Of a DNA stretch of 64,000 nucleotides, positions 53,001 through 64,000 are shown piece after piece. Under the pieces are notes generated by a model. The model worked only from the letters and a program-made list of their open reading frames with translations. It ran no database searches and was not told where the DNA came from. Within the stretch, counting starts at the first letter, position 1; each line of letters opens with the position of its first letter. This DNA comes from Paraspadella gotoi (taxonomy: Eukaryota > Animalia > Chaetognatha), in contig CM119270.1 in assembly GCA_051294375.1 (NCBI GenBank), forward strand, positions 17,482,893 to 17,546,892, written 5' to 3'. The position numbers and the translations under genes were made by a program.

Positions 53001-54236
53001 GAGAGAGAGAGAGAGACGAGAGAGAGAGAGAGACGGCTAGAAGACAGCAATGTACAAATAATCATTCTCTCTCCCTTCGTTGATTATTTGATTTATCAGG
53101 GATCACGTTAGAAAACGATGAGGGCTTCGGAGGTTCGAGACGCCTTCACAGAAAAACTTGAACCTGATTTTAAAAATAAAGAATAAAAAAAAAACTTTTC
53201 CATTTAACTAAAATATCATGTTTTTTCTGTCCGTCGCTTTTAAAAAAGCGACAAGGCGGGGAAAAAAGATGTGGATCGATGAAAGGAAATTTGAGACTTT
53301 GAAAGCCTAAGATTGGATGACTGAAAACGATTGTTGGCTTTTTAATCCAAAAAATAAAGTTTTTGTAAAAATATATTAACAGAAATTGTTTATGAACAAA
53401 TGCCGAAGAAAAAGATAGTGAAAGGAATGGCGAGTGTGAAGCTTCTCTGCAGAGGCGGTTGCGTGGAATTGATTGCCAATGGCTTTTCTTACTCTCTCTC
53501 CTTCTCTCTCTCTCCTTTCTCTCTCTCTCCTCTTTTATCTCTTCTTCTCTCTTCTCTCTCTCTCTCTCTCTCTCTTCTCTCATTCTCTCTTCTCCGCCCT
53601 AATTCTTTCCTTATTTTTCCCCCTCTCTATTCCCAAGGCGGAAGTTAAAGCTAAAAAACCGTCAGTTCTCTTTTTTAGACCGTATCTAGAAGCGAGAACG
53701 AAAATCTTTGAAAAAGTTTAAATTTAAGTTAAATTTAAGTATTTAAATTGTTTATTTCGGTTAGGAAAATTGAAAAGTTTAAAAAATTAAAAAGTTAGTT
53801 ACTTTAAAGTTTAGTTACTCAATGTGTTGTCTAACTTTAAGGTCACATTAATCTGGCCGTTCATGATAACCTAAGGTCAAAGTAAAGATAACTTTTATGA
53901 CATTATTGGCTTTCGCTTCGCTTAAGTAGGAAGTAATTAAGAATTTACATTTTTTCCAATTTTACTTAACATTACAACTGATTACTGAGATAGAGAGAAG
54001 AGAGAGAGAGAGAGAGAAGAGGAGAAGGAGAGAGAGAGAGAGAGATAGTGAGTGTGTGTGTGTGTAAAAAAACCCTCGGTCAACTTTAAAAAAAAAAAAA
54101 CGGCATAAGATAAGAGAAGCCAAATTTATGCAGTTTCTCCCGATCATGCGTCGACCAAAAGTACAAAGGTTTCGCTGCCCAGGACTGATAATTCCGGGGA
54201 AAAAAAACACGCCTCCCTCTCTCTCTCTCTCTCTTC

Positions 54237-54291
<55 letters not shown>

Positions 54292-54420
54292 TCTCTCTCT
54301 TAAAAAAAGAGGGACTCCCTTCGTAAGTCGATTAACGCAAAGGATGAACCGAGACGTTAATTTTTGAGGTTTATTTGCTTGTTTATTGCTCAAATACTTA
54401 TTGTCACTTTTAAGGAGATT
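52860..54420. repeat. Error-rich duplicate of 34800-35090 (direct) and 35110-36530 (inverted)
   Basis: gatgtt(t)cattcacgaa...cagaaaaacttgaa is direct; 53220-54420 is the reverse complement of 36310->35110 joined to 36530->36460. Confidence 0.75.
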
Positions 54421-54503
<83 letters not shown>

Positions 54504-54549
54504 GACACAGACTAAGAAGGAAACGCGAGAAACTGTGAGAGAGAGAGAG

Positions 54550-57500
54550 CGAAAAATTTATGTCTTCCCACTTCGCCCAATTTCTAACCGGAAGTTGTGA
54601 CGTCAAGGACGTGCATCACTGGCGTGGAAGACGACGACGAAGACGACAACAACGACAAAGTCGAAGATGATGGAGACAGAGTCATTTCAGGGTCGCTCAA
54701 GTCAATTTAAGGCATCAATCAATTTTTTTTTCTCTCTCACTTACGCTTTGGGCTTTAGCATTAACACTTGGCGAAACGTTTACTGTTTCTTGTTACGCCT
54801 TTTTACGTCCAATTATACCTATTCCATCTCTTTTAAACGTTTGCATCGACACCCGATTCGACCAATCACAACAACCGTCCAACTTTCACAACTTCACCTT
54901 TGTTCTCACGCCAATTACTAATCAGTTCGCAGCCACCGGCCGTTCACCGACGAATTCACTATCCACACCAATCACGATCACTCCACCGACCAATCATCAC
55001 CGCCGTGACTTACCTGACCTTACCTTTTTCCAAAGTTCGGACTTGAAACGACGTCCACCCAATCAATTTCTAAATCCTTCGTCGACGGAGAGAAAATTGA
55101 CGGAGACGAGAGATCGAGCGGAGGTCTCGACTCATGACTTCACCCCTTATCACAGCACTCCCTTATTCACACAGTCACCGGTCAAAACCTCACCCCTCGC
55201 TAGTCAGTAGTCACCCTTCAACCAGTTACCAGTTACGTGACCCGGCTCACCCCTCGTTTCTCACCACTCACCACCATTCTTTTTGGTCGCCCTTACCAAT
55301 TCCTCTAGCCCTTCCCATCTCTCAATCGCACGCCACTTTTGACTACCATCCACCTTCACCCTTCCACACTGCAACTCGCCTTTTCCCCACTCCCATTTGC
55401 CTACATTTTCGTCGCTTCTCCCCGCCTTAACCTGAGCCCACGCGCTTTCAACAAACCTTCCGGGCCTTTCTTTATGCGCGCCTGGCCTGATTTCCTATCC
55501 AGCATCGAGTCGGACCGAAATGTTTATATCCCAGTTCAATTTACTTTGCTCGCTTAGACTTGCAAGAAATATATTTATGTCAGATTTTTTTTTAAATAAA
55601 AAGATGTGCCGGGATTTTAGTGCTTAAATTCTAGTTGAATTACAACTTTATATATTTAACGCTATATATTCATAACTTTCAAATCTACGACACGGCTAAA
55701 AATAAATTATAACATCAAAGGTTTTTTGCGTAGACTGACCGCGACCCACAACAATCACATTTTTCGCCTCCCAACCCAAAGTCCCGGGGTCTAGGCCCGG
55801 TGGTCGTTCTGGCAGTTAAGAGGGACGGGGCGCTTAACCCGCCTGTAACATGGTGTTACAGCTGATCCGAATCAGGACTGCTTATATTGAACGGTTCTGT
55901 CATAACACATATCAATAAATTACTGTCTCTTCATTGGTGAGCCCGACTTCCGAACACAACAGCAACAACAACACTTTCAGGCGACATGCCTCAACCTGGC
56001 GATGCACTTTCCGCCCACAACACATCAGGCGACATGCCCTCAACTGGTGACGAACTTTCCACCAACAACAACAACAATTCACTGAAGAGACGCAAAACAG
56101 ACTTCTCCCTACGGGAGGGATGTATGGTGGACTAAAATCCACCAACCGTTCATCAGCGGCCATTTGTGCCGAGGCAATCATTCGCCTCCCAACCCAAGGT
56201 CCGGGGTTCTAGCCCGGTGTCGTCTGGCAGTAAGAGGGACGGGGCGCTTACCCGCCTGTAACATGGTGTTACAGCTGATCCGAAGCTCAGGGACTGCTTA
56301 TATTGAACGGTCTGTCACTAACAATACAATAATTACTGTCTCTTTCAGTTGCAATATTAATACAAATTTCCATGTAACATAATCAATTTAGTGACATTTA
56401 AAAACTGTTTTATCGGCGAAAAAGAAGCTAAAAACACGGCGGCGAAAAAATGAGTCGATTTTTGAAAAGTAAATAAAAAATGGGAAGAGGGTCTGATCGT
56501 CATCGGCGACGAACAAAAAACGACGACGAAAACGACGATGACAGCGACGACAGATGTCGCTGGAAGATGGAACAACAACAACACAACAACCACAACGATG
56601 ATAACGACGACGATGGCTCCAGATGAGGGAAATCAATGATGCAACGACAAACAAAGATCAACAACAAAACAAGAAATCTACAAACAACGACAACTAAGAC
56701 GACGACGACGACGACGACACGATATTGGCAAAAGAACGACCGTTGCTAAACAAGCACAACCTTGAATGAAAACAATAAACGATAAATATTATAAACGATA
56801 ATATATATTGTAGAAAATGTCTCTTATTTTCTACGCTCCGCAAGTCGAGCGTTCGAGTTAGCGCCGTCCGAGGACCCCTTTGAACATATGTCCGCAAGTT
56901 CTATCTGGCTCTCTAAATCTGAGAGTGGAAATAAATCTCGAAAACGTAGTATAAATTCCGAAAACGTTCTATTTTATGAAGAATAAATCAAGAAATTGTG
57001 GTTCAAAATGTGAAAACTGTGGAACCGGTGAAAATATTGTTACTGACGGCCGCTACTATTTTTTTATACCTGGTTTATTCGCGAATGATCATTTTCTCAA
57101 AACTGTGACTAAAAGAAACCAAATAAGGTGACCAGACAGCCTAAAGAATCGGTCATTTTATGGTCAAGTCAAAAGATTGACCGGAGGCAGACAATATTTA
57201 CATATATTTATAAAACAATAAACGCGATCACAACTTTGAATAACAATCACAGCCTCGACTGAAACATTGGATAAAACAAAAAATAAGCTCAATGAATACA
57301 ACATTATGCTACCGTCTAGACTTAAAAAGGCAATCGAATACAATGAAATATGCGTCAATGCCATTCATTTAATTAAACGAAGCGCTGCTGACATTTTTTG
57401 GCATCCAATGTCGAGAGAATCATATTAATGCTTTCCATTAACGGGCGTTGAGTATGACCGCGCCATCTGGTTAGATCCCAGATTCTGGCCTCCATAGCTA

Positions 57501-57884
57501 AGTTCGGGAAGGAGGGAAATAACAAAAGGGGAAGAGAGAATAGGGTGGTGGGGAGGTAAATGGTGAATGGAGGGAAAGAGGGAGGTAAGGTTAGGGTAAG
57601 TCGCGATGAATTGGGTGGCGAGTCGAATTGTGAAGTAAGTACTTTAATCGATTCCTTAGTAATTGTTGTGACACAGATTGCTATGAGAATGATAGTTAGT
57701 GGTGAAGGGTGGCTGTGAAAGAGAGCGGAAGAGGGAGGGGGGAGAGAGAGAGAGAGGGAGGGGGGGAGAGAGAGAGAGAGGGGAGGGGGAAGAGAGAGAG
57801 AGAGAGACAGAGAGAGAGAGAGAGACAGAGAGAGAGAAAACTAAAGAAGGATAAAAAAAAGAAAGAAAGAAAGAAAGAAAAAAA

Positions 57885-57945
<61 letters not shown>

Positions 57946-58734
57946 AAGAAAGAAAGAAAGAGCAGTTTAACATTGTTTACTATTTTGTTTTTTTCAATAA
58001 CATTCTGTTCTTCGACTTTCTTCTCGATTTGACCTCTCATCTTTCCCCCGAATTTTGTCCGGATTCAATTATCTTTTTCCTTTTTTTTTCTCCCTTGTTT
58101 ACTTTTTTTTAATATTTAGTTCTTAATTTTTCTATATTTGTTTATTTATCTTGGATTTCTTTTCGTCATTTCATATTTGAATTCAGTACAGCGCCTAAGC
58201 ACAGTTTATTACGCTCATATGAAGTTTCATAATATTATTTTTTTATAACTATTAAATCTATTACATTAGCGAATTTGAAACGATAGTTTTTATTTTTTTT
58301 ACAAGGATTTAATAACAGTAATAATCGTGTAAAAATAACAAAAACTCTCGTTTTCCAAATTCGCTAATTAAATACAACAAGGAAAGAGAGAAAATTAAAC
58401 AATAACTATTACATTAAAATGAGAATAAGATGATAACGACATTTCAAATTTTTTTAAAATTTTATCATTCCTGGAGTCTTGTCCTATCCCTCACTTTTCT
58501 TCATCAGTCTTTTAAAATATTAATGTAATATAATTTTTAAATTTTTTTCATTTGATTATTGACTTTCACTTTCCACTTCAGCACTTGAAATATCACCGAC
58601 TCCATCCTTTTCACAATCGAGTCTCACATCGATTCTCGATCGAAAATCTTTCACTTCACATCTGTTTTCTTGTTTTTTCACTTATTTTTTATTTTTCTTC
58701 ATAAGATTTTTTAAAGTCTTATCTTTGTTTCGCT

Positions 58735-58796
<62 letters not shown>

Positions 58797-58857
58797 CTTT
58801 CTCTCTCTGGTCCTGCCTGTCTGTCTTTTGTCTGTTAACTCTCTCTCTTTTCTCTTT

Positions 58858-58954
<97 letters not shown>

Positions 58955-59591
58955 AAATTAAATTACAAATTACCAAAAATTCCTAAACGCCTAATATTTC
59001 TATTTCATTTCATCTTTCATATCACAACTTTTCTCCCCACAATCCCAAACTCCCCCATTTAAACCCANNNNNNNNNNNNNNNNNNNNNNNNNCCTGCCCT
59101 TCTCCCTTCGCTCCCTGCCTCTCTCCCTTCTCTCCCTCATCTCCCTGCCTCTCTCCCTCCCCTCTTCTCTCGTAAAGCGAATAGACGATCATGAGAGCGA
59201 GAAAGATGGACGCCGTCAAATTCATCGCCGCCGCCATGAAAATCACTGTGTCACCGTTGCCCGTCCTCTCTTCCAGAAAAGCCGCTGTGGGAAGGGGGCC
59301 GATAAAAAAAATGAGGGGGGGGAAATGGGAAAATGCGATCACGATGATTTTACAATTTACAATTAGGTTACATTTACAGACTGACCCAAATATATTGACT
59401 ATTGACGAACCGACCGACTTGATAATATTTTATTGAAATGCATCAAAGTATAGAATTGTGAAAATAAAAAAAGTGTAGGGGTTTTGTATAAAGATGGGCA
59501 ACAGATTTTAAATGAAAGGCTCGTGAGCGAGTTTAACTTTCATGGTTATTTTTTTTATTTCAGATAGATTGAGGCAAACGTAAAGGTCAGA

Positions 59592-59671
<80 letters not shown>

Positions 59672-60021
59672 TGACCTCTGTTTAATGAGGGGAAGCGAGA
59701 AGACCCGCGTGAAGAAAAGCGGGTTTTTTTTTTTTCATCTTCTTCGTCGGCGGAAAGTTGATTGGAAAGTCGGTGCATGCGTCTCTGCATCTTTAAAAGG
59801 GGGATTAATGAATAAATCAGTGGATGCATCTCCGTTAACGGGAAAATTTATTGGTGATATTCCCTGCTTTTCATTATTCGATCGACGTGTTAAATTGATC
59901 GATAGTTTTATCGAGCAATTTATCAATAAATAGATTATTCGATAGACAGTTTATCTATTGTTAATAAACTGAATAGAAAACAAGAGGAATTTTTTCTGTC
60001 AGAGCGAGAGGATTTAGAGTT

Positions 60022-60093
<72 letters not shown>

Positions 60094-60470
60094 AGTACTA
60101 GTTAAGGATTATGACGTTCATGAGTTCCAGAACAGACTTTAGAGGATTACAGGGTGAACCGGAATCGTAACCATACAACAAGGTCATCCAAGTAGTGACA
60201 GGGTCGACCAAATTTAATAGTATCATTGAATGATCGACTGAATCGTTGACTAATGAATCGAATTTATTTATTGATTTTATTGATTGATTGGTGGGTAGAT
60301 TCCTCAATTGATTGATAGATCGATTGATTCGATTGACTGACCAATCCCTCACCCAACGGCGCGCTGATGAGAATCATGACTCCGCCGCCGAATTGAGAAA
60401 AACCGACGACTTTGTCCAGATTTCCGATGCCGAAGACGTTCTTCTGCAATGCCCAGATGGTGGAAGACCA
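54550..60470. repeat. Duplicate of 43730-49683: 54550-55540 direct, 55541-60470 inverted relative to 44740-49683
   Basis: Both copies share sequence up to ...gttcaat (44739 / 55540), then continue with opposite ends of the same 4.9-kb segment. Confidence 0.85.
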
Positions 60471-60498
60471 GACTCCACGAAAGAAGCCGAAGAGGACG
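59005..60498 (-). CDS. MFS transporter, SLC16/monocarboxylate transporter-like, last exons (60353-60498 and about 59005-59284; TM10-TM12); 5' exons not identified
   Basis: Exon 60498-60353 (CAG acceptor, GTGAG donor) encodes VLFGFFRGVWSSTIWALQKNVFGIGNLDKVVGFSQFGGGVMILISAPL. It splices in phase to the exon starting at 59284: AAFLEERTGNGDTVIFMAAAMNLTASIFLALMIVYSLYERR. This matches the SLC16 C-terminal pattern (GFFxG...FGxxxL...G...P..G.L.[DE].TG...F). A 25-N gap interrupts the 3' exon. Confidence 0.7.
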
Positions 60499-60674
60499 CT
60501 GGAGAAAGATGGGGAGGTGATGGGGTGAGAGGAAGTGTTGATGTTGTATGGAGAAGATGTAAGGAGGAAAGTGAGAGCGTTTATATTCTAGAGCAGTTGA
60601 TGGAGTGGTTTGACACTGTTCGGCAAAGACAAATAAAATCCAAATTCCAAACGAAAGCTTGAATTAAAGAATTA

Positions 60675-60957
60675 GAGTGATGTGTCTATCACAAAGTCAC
60701 ATTTGACTTACCGTGAGGTGTCTATCACAAAGCCACAATCGACTAACAGTGATATTTCTTTCACAGAGTCACAATGGACATACAGTGATGATTCTATCTC
60801 TAAGTTACATTGAACTTACAGTGATGTATCTATCACAAAGTCACAATCGACTAACAGTGGTGTTTCTTTCACAGAGTCACTATCGGCATACAGTGATGTG
60901 TCTATCACAAAGTCCCATTGGACTTACAGTGATGTGTCCATCACAAAGTCACAATCG

Positions 60958-60960
<3 letters not shown>
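60675..60960. repeat. 36-bp minisatellite, about 8 units
   Basis: Consensus CAGTGATGTGTCTATCACAAAGTCACAATCGACTTA, head-to-tail with no spacers. Confidence 0.9.
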
Positions 60961-60993
<33 letters not shown>

Positions 60994-61799
60994 AAACAAT
61001 CGTCAGGGCCGATTAAGGGTTTTATTTCTCTCGTAAATCTCCAGCATTTGAATCGCGAAACCTTATTTTCCACTCGCGTCGACTTTCAAATTCCTTTTTC
61101 GCCCTTTTGAAAAGAGGAAACTCTTTAAATCCGGGGCGACAGCCGCCTCGCCCCGGATGGAGGGGGGGGGAGAAATTCGAGAGAAAGTTTGAGGAATTTA
61201 GGAAGGGGAAAAATGTTGTCTCCTCGAGGAGGAAATTAGAAAATTAGGACGAGAAAGTTAAAAATAGAATTTTTAGGTAGTATATGTTAAACTCGCGGGA
61301 AGTCGCGGAAGGAAGGCAATTGTGGAAGGGAAGGAAGGAAGGAAGGAAGGAAGGAAGAAGGAAGGAAGGAAGGAAGAGAAAGGAACAGGAAGGACGGAAG
61401 GAAGGAAGGCAGGAAGGACAGGAAATGAAAGGAAGGAAATGAAATGAAAGGGAGTATAACCCTTGTGGTGGCAAGAGAAATGTTAAGAGGAAAAAAAGTT
61501 TGGCAGACGTTAAGAACAAAAAAATGTTAAAAAAAGGTGTACAGGTTTTGTAAAGACAAGAGACGAGAGAGAGAGAGAGGAGAGAGAGAGGAGAGAGGAG
61601 AGAGAGAGTAGAGACGAGAGAGAGAGGAGAGAGAGAGAGAGAGAGGAGAGTGAGGGTGGGAACGTAATGCGGGAGATTCAAGTCACAGATTCCAGTGAAA
61701 AGTCCGATCGACAAGTCCGTTCGCAAAAAAACGGGGAAACAGGGAGGGGAGGGGCAGAAAAGAGAAGGAAGAAAGAAAAAAGCAGAGGAAGAAAGAAAA

Positions 61800-63100
61800 A
61801 CGAGATGGTAAAAAAGAAAGAAGAGAGGGAAGAAAAGAAACAGAGGAGGAGAGGGAGGAAATCCGGAGGGAGAGAAGGAAGGAAAGGGACGAGGAGAGAA
61901 AATGGTGAAGGAGGAAAATCCCCGCTCATGCCTTCGAGTTTGGGTTTATTTATCGCTCCAGTGAGAGAAAAGTACTCGTCAACTCCTACTACCCAGCAGT
62001 AGCGACTGGGTCGATTTTGCGGTCAAACAACATAATTTGTGTCGGAGGACAGGCATCAACTTTTTTCGTCCGGTTTATAATTTTCTAAGTTTAATAAATA
62101 AATTAAAAATGTTACTAAGGATTTTTGGATATGAATGTTCTATGGGAAAAGCGTGAAATTCTATTCGGCGAGGTTGGTTGTTGTTGTTGTTGTTGTTAGT
62201 TATCAACTTTTCCGTGGCGGCCCATGCCAAGATAAAACACGAAATAAGTAAACAGAAGAAAAAGATTTTCGAGATTAAAGGTGTCAATGGCTAAAAATAG
62301 AACCGTACAACGGCGAGAATACAGTAAGTTAAAATAGGAAATAAGAAAATATTAAAATGGCAAATAGGGATTAACATGGAAAAAGAAGAAAAAGAAACAA
62401 GGGGAAAAGAGAGCAAGGCGAGAGAGGAGAGAAAGAGGAGAGAAGAGAGAGAGGAGAGTAGTAGAGAGCAGAGAGAAAAGAGAGAGGGAGAGGCGGCAAG
62501 CAGGAGAGCGAGAAGAAGGAGAGAGGAGAGGACGGGAAAAAAGAGAGCACTGAGAGAGAGAGAGAGAGAGAGAAGAGAGAGAGAGGAGGAGANNNNNNNN
62601 NNNNNNNNNNNNNNNNNGAGAGGAAGAAAGAAAAGAGAGGAAGAAAGAAAAGAGAGGGAGGGAGGAATCCGGAGGAGAGGAAGGAAGGGACGAGGAGAGA
62701 AAATGGTGAAGGAGGAAAATCCCGCTCATGCTCGAGTTTGGGTTTATTCTCCAGTGAGAGAAAAGTACTCGTCAATCATACCAGTAGACTGGGTCGATTC
62801 GGTCAAACACATAATTTTGTCGGAGGAGGCATCAACTTTTTCGCCGTTTATTTCTAAGTTTTAAATGTTACTAAGGATTTGGATATGAATGTTACTAATG
62901 GAAAAGCGTGAATTCTTATTCGGCGAGGTTGTTGTTGTTGTTGTTGTTGTTGTTATCAATCGTGGCGCCATGCCAAGATAAAAACACGAAAGTAAAAGAA
63001 GAAAAAAGATCGAGATTAAGTGAATGCTAAAAATAGAACCGTAACGGGAGAATACTAGTAAGTTAAAATAGGAAATAAGAAATATAAAATGGCAGGGATA
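61800..63100. repeat. Tandem, error-rich duplication (about 61830-62370 and 62620-63100) across a gap
   Basis: aaatggtgaaggaggaaaatcc...gagtttgggttta...ctaaaaatagaaccgta...aaaataggaaataagaaa occurs twice with many indels. Confidence 0.8.
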
Positions 63101-64000
63101 NNNNNNNNNNNNNNNNNNNNNNNNNNNNNNNNNNNNNNNNNNNNNNNNNNNNNNNNNNNNNNNNNNNNNNNNNNNNNNNNNNNNNNNNNNNNNNNNNNNN
63201 NNNNNNNNNNNNNNNNNNNNNNNNNNNNNNNNNNNNNNNNNNNNNNNNNNNNNNNNNNNNNNNNNNNNNNNNNNNNNNNNNNNNNNNNNNNNNNNNNNNN
63301 NNNNNNNNNNNNNNNNNNNNNNNNNNGAGTCGAGTTTCTTTCGGTTTTCGACTTTCGGCTCAACGCGTTTTTACGATCTACCAAAAACTCTGCATTGAGA
63401 AAGGGAAGTTGTCGTCGTCGTCGTCGTCGTCGTCGTTGTCATTGTCGTGTGGAGGACGTCATTGTCGTCGTCATATAATCCTTCTCATCGTCGTCATCGT
63501 ATGACCGTCGTCGGCGTCGTCGTTCTCATCGTCGTTTTCGTCATCGTCGCTGTCTTATGTCGTCTTCATTGTCGTCGTCGTGTGGTCGCGTGTGGTCTCG
63601 TCATTGTCGGACGTTGTCGTTCCATCGTAGGTCGATTGTCGTCTCATCGACCTTGTCGTCCACTTGATAGTCGATAATCGTCATCGCTTTATTNNNNNNN
63701 NNNNNNNNNNNNNNNNNNNNNNNNNNNNNNNNNNNNNNNNNNNNNNNNNNNNNNTCGTCGTCGTCGTCGTCGTCGTCGTCGTGCGAGTGTTATTATCGTC
63801 CTCGACGTCGTCGTTTTCGTCAACGTCGTCGTCGTCGTCGTCGTCGTCGTCTTTCGTTACTTTCGTCTCAGTCATAACAATGAAATAAACAATCGCCCGA
63901 ACGATGTTGGGTCCATTTAACAAACAATCAACGATGGGAACAACTTGATATAAATAAGACGAACAATGAAAACATCAAAGAAACGAACAAACTTTTATTA

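Noticed and set aside
60675-60960. 36-bp repeats as a CRISPR array
   Set aside because: Units are contiguous with no unique spacers, there are no cas genes, and the context is eukaryotic.

Overview
Eukaryotic (animal-like, probably invertebrate) genomic DNA rich in (AG)n, (GAC)n and other simple repeats, with several 25-N gaps and signs of an imperfectly polished draft assembly: a three-fold tandem block at about 4.2-33 kb and inverted duplications at about 43.7-60.5 kb. Three genes can be read. (1) An intronless + strand ORF (ATG 2395 to stop 4014, 539 aa) encodes two tandem, mutually homologous HEPN-like domains, each with an R-N-x-x-A-H motif, followed by a disordered tail and a basic/Cys-rich C-terminus. 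It is bracketed by about 260-bp diverged direct repeats and lies antisense inside an intron of gene 2. (2) A spliced - strand gene encodes a secreted chitin-binding type-2 (CBM14/peritrophin-A)-like protein; its first two coding exons occur three times. (3) The last exons (TM10-TM12) of an MFS/SLC16 monocarboxylate-transporter-like gene lie at 59.0-60.5 kb, with a truncated inverted copy at 44.7-46.2 kb. Mobile DNA includes the 3' end of an LTR retroelement (PPT plus a 675-bp TGTT...AACA LTR), a candidate solo LTR, tRNA-derived SINE-like repeats and an unexplained microsatellite-free island of about 6.8 kb. The nested tandem-HEPN gene is the main candidate for a previously undescribed system. 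All family assignments come from reading motifs by eye; no database search was run.
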